Positions 53,663 to 64,000 of a stretch of DNA of 64,000 nucleotides are shown in pieces. A model generated the notes under the pieces. That model saw only the letters and a program-made list of their open reading frames with translations. It made no database searches and had not been told where the DNA came from. The translations under genes were made by a program, and so were the position numbers. Source of the stretch: Octopus bimaculoides (lineage: Eukaryota); the NCBI RefSeq assembly GCF_001194135.2, contig NC_068998.1:51041887-51105886 (forward strand), in the 5' to 3' direction. Positions within the stretch are counted from its first letter, which is position 1. Each line of letters opens with the position of its first letter.

Positions 53663-56412
53663 ATGAAATGTATTATATACTTGTGTCTTCTCACCGTAGG
53701 TAAGTAGGCAAAAGAAAAATAAAGGTTGACCATCTTTTTCCCTATCAATTTCTGAGACTCAATGTAAATTGATCCTGACTATGTGTCTGTCTCTCTGTCT
53801 TACTATCTATCTATCTATCTAGCTATCTCTCTCAATCCCCTTCTGAATCTCTTCACCTCTGAATCCGTCTGTTTCTCGTTTACTTTTCTTTCTGTTTTCT
53901 CTGCCTTTTCTGCCCACATATATACATGTGTGTATGCGTGTGTACATAGAACGAGAGAAATAGCAATATATAATCTCACTAAACTTTCGACATATTTTAG
54001 TTAAAAAATAAATTTAATCAATGCTTTTTACAAACATTAATGAAATATATTACTAAAAAGTTTTACTTTCGAACATGGCTTCAGCAGCAACGCGATGCCC
54101 TGTGTCCGCTTATACAGAATTGCTCAAGACGTTTATTATATTACTTCAAGAAACTTACTCAATAAATATATAATTGTAAAACAAAAGAATACAGCCTGTC
54201 TTCTCAACACAAGCCTCTACATTGAACAGACTGGAGGCACAAAAATTATAAACTTTATATATTTCATAATTAGGGTAATAATACAAGCAAGTTTCAGATC
54301 AGAAAACTATGAAGATACGTACAAACTATATCAGTTTCTTTAATTATTAACTGTGTAATCCTATTAAATGTTCCCACAACGTCAGTAACGCAAAATAATT
54401 GTATAACAATAATTATAAACTTTTACTGTATCTAACAAAGCAAGCTTTATACATCCTAAATTTCCTCCCACAGAAAGGCAGTTGATATACTTATATACAC
54501 ATATTCATTTATTATATTCATTCAATGTTGTAAGAATTTTAAAGAACTTACCGTTTAAACTTTGTAGGTGCTGCTAAGAATATGTCTTGTAATTCCGAAG
54601 ACCTATGCCCCGATGCCTGGATAAAATATCCAATAACAACGCATGATATAAACTACTGCCCGTACGTTTTTCCCTAGTTTTCGTTCTTACTATGCCTATC
54701 ACGTCTATTATTTAAGTTTTAATTTATTTAATGAGTGATCATATCATCTGTATATATAATAATTAGGTTTTTAATTACCATGGTAACGTCTAGAAATGTT
54801 CAGCTAGATTGCAGTCCATTGAAGCTAAGAAAGTCCTTATATTAGTGTACATGTTACATAGAACGAAAGAACGTTAGTATATGCAATAGGTTTGAATCCA
54901 GAAAGAAAATATATTACAAAGAACAATGTTCAGTGGACTACAGATTATGCCATTCAAAGTTAGTTTTGTCCCTTACAGGACAGCCATATTATGTTGGCAA
55001 TTAAAGTTTATTTTGAATATTATGATTTTGATTAAACTTTGTATAGTATAATTATAGTTAATATCTGAAGTATGAAAGACAAATAAGACAAAGAAATTTT
55101 CTGTCAAACTATAAAATGCAAAATAATGCAACACAGTTTTAAATAGTCTTAAATGGTACTCATTTCATCAGACAGCAGATTTTAAACTTATAGATAATGC
55201 AGGAATGATACTTTTATTTTTCAAAACTGTTTTCTACTGATGTATGATGTTTATTTGCAGACGAATTAAAATGTATGAAGTTTGTACGAAGAATCATCAC
55301 CCAGAGTGTCTCGCTTTCTACATATATCTTTATCGCTTGTTATGTATTGGTAAGATATTTTGATTTTGTAAGATTAATATTACAAACAATATACCAAACA
55401 ATATACATTTAAAAATTTACTTTAGGATTTCACTATGATGTCTATTAACATTCATTTACAAGTAGCATTTTAAATTACGGTATAAAATACGGCCATTAAA
55501 AATTATGTAGTTGCATATATTATTAGCTATTTAATATACGATGCAGCACTGAAAACATACCATACGGTTTGGTTCTTAACATTCCCAAATTTTATCCCTC
55601 TCAATTCGAATTATTCATAAATACTCGCAGTACCAATTATATACTACGGTATTCTATGTGAATTTGATGAACGTCTGATATTTACTTTTATCAATGAATA
55701 TGACGAAAGTGTAGGAATGCAAAGTTAAATTGTGACAAGTACCGTAAATCCTCGAGTATAATCCGCATTTTTTTTCCCAAATTTAAAAGTCAAAAATTCT
55801 TAGTGCGTACTATATACGAGGTTAAAAATGAAAAATATCTTCTAAGCAATGTCCGAGTCTCACTTTGCTGTCCGGCAATGTTTATTCAGACGCATTTTGT
55901 GATGTCGGGCGCGAAAATACTTTAAGCTAAGCCTGAAAGCAATGAAGTCATAAAAGAATCATCCATAACTTGCAGTAAGCAACATTTATCAAAATAAAAG
56001 TATTCAGAACACAGAGTAACATGCAACAAAAACAATTTACAAACATATTTACATTCCCATATAACAGTTAAGAACATCACCATTATTGAATTACGCATAA
56101 GGGGTGCGTATTATACACAAGGTTTAGGTTTTTCAGAGGTACAGCCCCCTAAAAATCCCCTGCCTATTATACTCAAGGGCGGACTATACTCGAGGATTTA
56201 CGGTACTTGGAACAATCCTAAGTATTTACTTGCCCCACCTTTGATTATTACCGGTTTATTATTTGGGGATTAACAACTTCAGTCTAATTATACTGATTTC
56301 TTCGCCTATTCCAGATCCTAAACCATTAGAGAGTCGTGCTTCGCCCTGCTTTATGAGTTCCTACAACATATTACTGATACATATTTTATTGATGTTGATG
56401 TGCTGCAATTGA
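53663..56412 (+). CDS. G6: 105 aa secreted, predicted GPI-anchored six-Cys paralogue (subfamily B) with 4 coding exons
   Basis: Exons 53663-53699, 54568-54661, 55261-55349 and 56315-56412; no gaps, 318 nt: MKCIIYLCLLTVGAAKNMSCNSEDLCPDAWIKYPITTHDINYCPRIKMYEVCTKNHHPECLAFYIYLYRLLCIDPKPLESRASPCFMSSYNILLIHILLMLMCCN*. The first three exon sizes match G5 (37/94/89). Confidence 0.86.
55742..56203. mobile_element. Tc1/pogo-type MITE in the last G6 intron
   Basis: TA-CCGTAAATCCTCGAGTATA...TATACTCGAGGATTTACGG-TA: perfect 19-bp inverted termini with a TA TSD. Confidence 0.85.
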
Positions 56413-56499
56413 AAATCACCCGAAAAGAATATATTTGATGTAATAATGTGTGTAAAAATATAATCAATTTCTATTTTGTTACATTCGATATGCACAATG

Positions 56500-57110
56500 T
56501 ATTTATGTGTTATAGTTTTCAGTTGAACATATGCTTGTAATCTGAAACTGAGGAATTGATGTCAAACACTTTTCCATTAAAGTAAATCTTAGATGTTTTA
56601 CATTCTGTGTCTGGGTAAGTCGCAGGTTCTCATGTCTTAGCCACTGTTCCGATATTTTAACTTTACAAGCATTTCTCACCACCTGTTGTGACATTATCAT
56701 CAGCGTTCAAACAACTGAACATTTCTTGTCAGACTGTGGTAATTCGATGGATCTAAAAAGTTTGTTTTAAAATTAACCTTTTACTAATGCCTATTTCCTG
56801 GAAACATGATGATGAGCAGTCAAGCGACCACTTTCAGGGTTCAATGCACGCAATTTCTCAATATGATCATTGTCCCTTATCGAGGAATTTCGTCCGAATC
56901 AGGATTGGCTGTGATAGATGTGCTTCTCAATTAGAAATAATGGTACCATTTGAGACACTGTGCGACTCAACAAAGCTTCACTTTAGACGCCTAGCAAAAT
57001 TAGGAAGAAGGTGTCCACAAAAGTTTTTCTCAGTTTCAAACAGAATTTCACTCAAACACGTTGCTTATTCAAATTTTGATTCGGCAACCTGTAACAAACC
57101 AAAAGGTGGA
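56500..57110 (-). mobile_element. Decayed mariner transposase remnant just downstream of the G6 stop
   Basis: QRV*VKFCLKLRKTFVDTF...DHIEKLRAL...RLT and NVTTGGEK (VITGDE-like) on the minus strand. Confidence 0.6.
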
Positions 57111-58409
57111 ATCGATATGCATTCATTCTAGCAATTCTAGCGTAGACTAACAAGCGAATTGTGAAGAAGCTATTTATTTAATTGATAGCCAAGATTAATC
57201 ATATAGGGAAATGTGGCTGTCATGGACCAGCAGCAGTTGATTGACGCCCTATTTGAATACAATTATCGGGTTTGAACCAGCCTTAGATGAAGGATTAATT
57301 TCATTTTTGTTAGGTCGTTACGCGGTAGGATCGCAGCGAGTACCGACTAGTATCAGTGAAAAGTGATACATAAGACAGACAGACAGACAAATAAATAGAT
57401 AGAGTGGTAGGTAGGTAGATAGGTAGATGGATAGATAGATAGATTGGTAGGTAGATACAGAGATAGCTACTCCCTATAGTCATATAAATATTAATATCAC
57501 AGTCATGTTATAATACATTATCATTGATAGCTGTTGATTTCCTATCCAAAACCATGACGAAACAATCCACAATAAATCGTCATTCACAAAGTTACAACAA
57601 TTGTCTTCAATTCGGATTTTCAATGATAATTTTATTTTCAATCTCTTAACAGATTATGTCCTTACCACAAATCGAATCTGAAGCTGCAATTGTGAACAAT
57701 ATAAGGAAACCATATATACATACATACATGTGCATATATATNNNNNNNNNNNNNNNNNNNNNNNNNNNNNNNNNNNNNNNNNNNNNNNNNNNNNNNNNNN
57801 NNNNNNNNNNNNNNNNNNNNNNNNNNNNNNNNNNNNNNNNNNNNNNNNNNNNNNNNNNNNNNNNNNNNNNNNNNNNNNNNNNNNNNNNNNNNNNNNNNNN
57901 NNNNNNNNNNNNNNNNNNNNNNNNNNNNNNNNNNNNNNNNNNNNNNNNNNNNNNNNNNNNNNNNNNNNNNNNNNNNNNNNNNNNNNNNNNNNNNNNNNNN
58001 NNNNNNNNNNNNNNNNNNNNNNNNNNNNNNNNNNNNNNNNNNNNNNNNNNNNNNNNNNNNNNNNNNNNNNNNNNNNNNNNNNNNNNNNNNNNNNNNNNNN
58101 NNNNNNNNNNNNNNNNNNNNNNNNNNNNNNNNNNNNNNNNNNNNNNNNNNNNNNNNNNNNNNNNNNNNNNNNNNNNNNNNNNNNNNNNNNNNNNNNNNNN
58201 NNNNNNNNNNNNNNNNNNNNNNNNNNNNNNNNNNNNNNNNNNNNNNNNNNNNNNNNNNNNNNNNNNNNNNNNNNNNNNNNNNNNNNNNNNNNNNNNNNNN
58301 NNNNNNNNNNNNNNNNNNNNNNNNNNNNNNNNNNNNNNNNNNNNNNNNNNNNNNNNNNNNNNNNNNNNNNNNNNNNNNNNNNNNNNNNNNNNNNNTATAT
58401 ATATATATA

Positions 58410-58708
58410 TTGTTTGCGTTATTAAAAGGAATCATTTCTTAACATGGACTTCTTCTAACCCGATGAGATCGCTCAATGTTTGCATTATTTTAAATATATT
58501 AAGGCAGACATGTCAATAAACAATTTACTTGTTATAAAATATAATAAAATAAATTATCTACGCATGTTTTATTAAGCTGTGAAACAATTGTTTTTATATA
58601 AGAATTTCCATTGATTAAATGAATTTTATAATGCTGGTATTTTCTCTGGTTATTTATGACTTTATATATATATAATACATATTCATACCGTACATACATA
58701 TATAAATC
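58410..58708 (+). repeat. About 300 bp direct duplicate of 53251-53560, the G6 upstream region
   Basis: Colinear by eye at about 90% identity (ATATTGTTTGCGTTATTAAAAG...CATACCGTA.ATACATA.ATAAATC). Confidence 0.9.
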
Positions 58709-59129
58709 TATGTATATATTCACATATATATTTCAGTATATCCGAAAAACGAAAGAAAGGGGAATTTGTTCAAAAACATTCAATCTTCACGCATAATTCC
58801 ACAATCAGTACTCAGGAGGCTCCTTTCCTCAAGCCCCAGGCTCATCCGAAATAATCTTTACTCAAAATAGAGATATTTAATAGAAATAGTTTATTCAGGT
58901 TTTCACATTCAATCAAAAACCACAAAACAACACTTAGATATTTGTTATAATTTTATTTACATACATTTGTATTTCGCACATTTGTAATTATCACAGCTTC
59001 AGTACTAAGCGCTGACTGGAATATTAACTGCAATGAGAATAGAATACAACTGTTATTCAAACATTTGTATTGAAAAGATGTTTGATTAAAATTAGACTAA
59101 GGGAGTTTCTCGTAGATAATTTAGTATTG

Positions 59130-59720
59130 CCTGTCGTTAGTTTATGCGACATGTCGAGCGCACTAGCTTCCCACTAACCAGTCTCCGCCATGTTTCAATG
59201 CTACCTATTTATCATTTGTTTCAAGGTTTGCATCCCCCAGCAAAGGTTTCACACATGTTTAATAAGATTTGTTCCTTCTATTGTCATGTACTGGTTCTCA
59301 CAACAATATTTAACAAACAGCTTCATTTTTTCCCTTCGCCACCTGCCCCACAGACTTAAATTCTGCTGCGTTGTTTAATTGTTTTTGTTAATAACAATAA
59401 TTATATATTTCCATTTAATACGCTATTTGATAAATGTTTCGCCCAAAAAACGTTCTTCACTCTCCTTTACATATTCGTAAGTGATCCATTCTATTACTTT
59501 AATAAGTGTCCAGCATTCAGAGCCTTATAACAATGCGCTTTCTACAGCAGTTCTAAACGAAATATATTTTGAAGTCATTTCACTCTCCATATTGTGGACA
59601 GCTTGTTCCTTGCTGTCCATGCTAATTCAATTGTCATTTCATTATCTTCATTTCAGTTTTCTATCCAAACTCCCAGGTCCTTTTCACATTTCAAGATTGC
59701 AACCGTTGATGACATAATTT
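59130..59720 (-). mobile_element. RTE-clade LINE 3' coding remnant
   Basis: LAWTARNKLSTIW...ECWTL..., followed by a degenerate LLWEP..G region. Confidence 0.55.
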
Positions 59721-60965
59721 ATTTTACTTTTCATTGATGCTATTGTCCCACAATTTCAACGAATAAAGAAGACGTGATTTAGTTTGACGTTTTACCACAA
59801 TCTCAGTGATCTAACTAAAACAAATCCGAAAAGCTATTCCAAAACTATTGGAGTTGGTGTGGAAGGAAAAGTCTAAAGAAATATGCTAAGGGATCAATCA
59901 ACCTTTCACCAATTTGCAAACTGACATGTTAAATATTTCCTTGAACTCTCGGAGATAAATCGACAATAGACTTCCCAAAAATAATGCAACAGATTTAGTC
60001 TGATATTACATTGGCACAATTAATGTTACAGTCAAATAATCAATATAGTAATCGTTATATTGCACTAACAGCACGCTAATATTTTAGTAACATTAAGGAT
60101 TATCAAAGCAACATTACAGTATTATGTTATGATTAAGGAACTTGTATATAATATCGTTAGCCTACAGTGTATAATATATTTGTATTAATGGTTATACAGA
60201 TATATCAGTGTATTACCAGAGTTATATCGAAACCGCATTATCGTGTATAATGAAGATACATGGCATATTTTCTGTTAATGATTCGCTGATACATCAGAGA
60301 TTGAGACTTTTAGTTGGAAATAATAATCATTGAGATATTTCTATGATAATTTCTTGTTGATATATTCATGTTAGTATTATATGACCGCATTAATACTGTC
60401 AGATAATTCAATTGCCATTTGTATTTCCTACCGAAGGAAAATAGTTGAAAATATTGTGAAAGTAAAATATCAATATGAAATATCTGGTATTTAATAACTG
60501 TTCTTACATCAAATATATTCTTTTCATTTGATATTTAATTCCTCCATCACAAAAATATCCACAGAATAAGTATTAGTAAGACACAGTGTGAAACCTTAAC
60601 GTGGACTGAAAGGATCCTTGACGTTTTAGTGTTGTTATCATTAGCTGGAATAAAAATGTGCGAAGCTGCTTAATTAGCTTTAAATTAATATTTCGCGAAA
60701 TTATTAAACCTGGACGAGCATGTTAACATGAAATAAACACACAAGTAAATCTGTAGATTAATCGAGGTTATTGTCACATTCTAAGTGTACATTCTTGCAA
60801 GTTTAGTATATTCGTTGATAATATAATTCCCGACTTAGATCATTCAATGTTTTCTTGTTATCTACTTTACTAATCCATAAAAGCAACATGGTGGTATACA
60901 GAATTACAACGGAAACAGTTATGACTAAATACAAGCATACTGATATTTATATTCCCTCGCTTATT

Positions 60966-62290
60966 TTGGGCGGCGAGCTGGCAGAATCGTTAGCACTCCG
61001 GGCGAAAGGCTCAGCGGTATTTCGTCTGCCGTTATGGCCTGAGTTCAAATTCCGCTGACGTCGACTTTGCCTTTCACCCTTTCGGAGTCGATTAAATCAA
61101 GTACTGGGGTCGAGCTAATCGACTGCCCTCTCCCCAGAAATTTCGGGCCTTGTGCCTAGAGTAGAAAAGATTACATCGCTTATTTGAATGTTGATTGAAT
61201 AGAAAAGAATCAGCAATATTAAAGTTTTGATTTTAGTTGAATGAAAAAAATTCAAGTTATTTCTAGTGAAGGCGCGTGGCTAAGTGGTTAGGGCATTCGG
61301 CTCACAATCGTAAGGTCGTGAGTTTGATTCCCGGCGACGCGTTGTGTCCTTGAGCAAGACACTTTATTTCACGTTGCTCCAGTTCACTCAGCTGGGGTTA
61401 CACAGTTAGGAGTACACAGACACGTGTACCCCTAACGTAGTTCTCCCTGAGAACTACGTTAGGAGTACTCGTGTCTGTGGATTGCTCAGTCACTTGCACG
61501 TTAATTTCACGAGCAAGCTGTTCCGTTGATCGGATCAGCTGGGACCCTCAAGTTAGTTCTATAAGAATTTATACGAAAATATCATTTATAATTTAGTTCA
61601 CTGCTTCACGATTTCTAAGAATATGATGTGAAGAAGTTTTTAAGACCATCTTACGAAAACACTCATAAAAATTCATGGCTTCGATGTTCATCGCAATCTC
61701 ACAATACGATAGTCCGTTCTTTCTTGCACAAGTTCTAAGCATTCTTAATCGCCTGGAAAACAAACATAAATCGATTGATACAATTATTGAAAATTATTGC
61801 TTAACATAAATGGTTATATTTTGCATTAATTTTGAACTAAAAAATCTTAGTGAAATTGAAACCTGTACCATTTTAAAATGTATGATATAATTTGTTTATT
61901 TTTTGGTCGTAGGAGGCGCAATGGCCCAGTTGTTAGGGCAGCGGACTCGTGGTCATAGGATCATGGTTTCGATTCCCAGACCGGGCGTTGTGAGTGTTTA
62001 TTGAGCGAAAACATCTAAAGCTCCACGAGGCTCCGGCAGGGGATGGTGGCGAACCCTGCTGTACTCTTTCACCACAACTTTCTCTCACTCTTTCTTCCTG
62101 TTTCTGTTGTACCTGTAATTCAAAGGGTCAGCCTTGTCACACTGTGTCACGCTGAATATCCCCGAGAACTACGTTAAGGGTACACGTGTCTGTGGAGTGC
62201 TCAGCCTTTTGCACGTTAATTTCACGAGCAGGCTGTTCTGTTTATCGAATCGACTGGAACCCTCGACGTCGTAAGCAACAGAGTGCCAAC
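60966..62290 (+). mobile_element. Three tRNA-derived SINEs (about 60966-61172, 61266-61550 and 61912-62290)
   Basis: Pol III box A/B-like heads (TGGCTAAGTGG...GTTTGATTCCC; TGGCCCAGTTG...GTTTCGATTCCC) followed by SINE bodies. Confidence 0.75.
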
Positions 62291-63489
62291 AACATTTTTT
62301 GGTGGTCTAATTTGTTTTTCTCTGTTTTATGATAAATACCTAATAAATTATTTGAGTGTTTTCAATCGTCTGCACTCCGCACAATTTCTAAAAATGTTCT
62401 CATATAAGAAATATCAGTAGTGCTTAACATTAGCTGCTAAATACTGGTACTGATTATTAAACTTAGTTAAATAATATCTTTACTAGATGTGCTAACAAAA
62501 GTAATATTGAAAATAAAAGGATATTTACGGACAGAAATTATAATCTCTTTCTCCTGTATCTATGACAGGATACCTTTTCCAAGCATCAGGACAATGTTTT
62601 TTATTCAGGCAATATTCCATCTTCTGAACATCTACAATTTAAAAATTATCGTTGAAATATAATATAAATTAAAACATTTAATTGCAGCCTAAAACCACAT
62701 TATTAATTGGAAACTTTCATATCTGGATGCTTGTTGTCAGAAACAAGACTTTTCTACACTTGCTGATTTTTTGTGTGAGTAGGAAATTGTATTTTGTGAA
62801 GATTACTTCGTTAGGATTTTTGAAATTATTACATAATTGATAATTTTCTCATTTTTAATACATGAAATAATATATGGTTAGTATATTTCTATAATTTTTC
62901 GCAAATGATGAGGCATTAATGTTTTTGAATTTCGTAATTACTCAAGGTTCCTCGGTAGGACCTAAAATCAAATAGACATGTTTTTGGATATAAACCTAAG
63001 TTAGAAACAATTAGTGAGGTGATCAGAGGAAAGCATTAATAAGAAATCCGTTGGGAATACTGAGAGAGAGATTTATATTACGAAATATCTGTTATATTCT
63101 ATTAACAATCATTTTATATTCATGGTGAAGAAATCTTTAAACGGTTCCTCTTTGCTATTATGACTGAAAATATTCAAAATTATTGACTATTACTATGTAT
63201 TAGCAATGTACTAAGACCTGTTGACATATTGTTTATCTGAAAACACATACAATGTCTGGTGGAATGAATCTCCGTTTGGTACAAATGAGTAAACTTCAAT
63301 AAGAAAATATAATCTGTTAATCATATGATAATGACGAAATATATACAACTCTGACTTTACATAAATACATACATACATACATACATACATACATACATAC
63401 ATACATGCATACATACATACATACATACATGCATACATGCATACATGCATACATGCATACATACATGCATACATGCATACATAGTCCAT

Positions 63490-63930
63490 GCACCCTGCAA
63501 TACCAACTTCACAGCTCTTGCTTTTCTTCTTTTTCCTTCTGGTACCGCACCGCTTCCTGGGTGTTAGCGCGCCTCTGCCTGGTGTCCGCTTTTTCCATTC
63601 CTGGAAATAGGAACAACAAAATGGCCCCTGCATGTAACTCCAGTGATGTCATGTAACTCCAATATCCCTACAGCGTGAGCAACTGCGGCGCAAGCTACCC
63701 ACTTTCGCTAAGACGTTGTAGTAATACCTGTATGTCTGACAAGCTTGTTCTTAGAGTCTCTGTACATCATTACATTACATTTTGCTACTTTAAATTCCTC
63801 TACCACGGATGAAAGGGGAAGTGGTAGCTGCCCTGATCTTATGTACAGGCCTATTGAATTGAGGCTTGGGGGACCGCATCGCTATCTTCGGAGATATTTA
63901 TTTATCTTCTTCTCCACCCTTTCTAAACTT
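63490..63930 (-). mobile_element. RLE-class (Hero/R2-group-like) non-LTR retrotransposon post-RT fragment
   Basis: SLERVEKKINKYLRR*...SIGLYIRSGQLPLPLSSVVEEFKVAKC...RKWVA...; in-frame stops present. Confidence 0.6.
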
Positions 63931-64000
63931 GTCATCGGAACATCATACATACACATACATATATATCATACAAACACACACACACACACACACACACACA

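Noticed and set aside
54298-54318. 21-nt candidate micro-exon in G6 intron 1 (DQKTMKI)
   Set aside because: Weak donor (GTACAA), no counterpart seen in G5, and it would disrupt the good TVGAA signal-cleavage site.
59434-59482. ATG...GTAAGT as exon 1 of a seventh paralogue
   Set aside because: It is 43 nt rather than 37, encodes non-hydrophobic MFRPKNVLHSPLHI, lies antisense within an RTE remnant and has no downstream Cys exons.
61266-61345. tRNA genes at the SINE heads (also 3440, 45250, 60968, 61915)
   Set aside because: Box A/B are present, but there is no closing acceptor stem and the sequence continues into repeated SINE bodies.

Overview
This is AT-rich, microsatellite- and gap-riddled animal genomic DNA. 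The tRNA-headed SINE families and R4/Dong-like LINE tails look like those of an octopod cephalopod such as Octopus (inferred from memory of the repeats, not from a search). The supplied ORF track is almost entirely microsatellite, N-gap or decayed-transposon noise. The real content only appears when exons are read by their splice sites: a head-to-tail (+ strand) tandem array of six intact-looking paralogous genes, G1 (5'-truncated by the window) to G6, spaced about 8-14 kb apart. Each encodes a 105-139 aa protein with a predicted signal peptide, a six-cysteine domain (C-x5-CP-x13/15-C-x8-C-x7-C-x12/11-C), a short S/T/P-rich stalk and a hydrophobic GPI-type C-terminus. I cannot assign the family to any named domain. 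G2-G4 carry a cassette of frame-preserving micro-exons (39, 18/21 and 36 nt; the 39-nt exon is not seen in G4), which G6 lacks and which is not seen in G5. The first Cys-domain exon and micro-exon 3 are more divergent than their flanking introns, which suggests diversifying selection. G5 has lost the family stop codon and may have become a transmembrane form. The rest of the window is decayed mariner/Tc1, hAT, Chapaev, piggyBac, Helitron, R4, RTE, CR1, Penelope and Hero-like elements, SINEs and MITEs. All identities were counted by hand and no database search was run.
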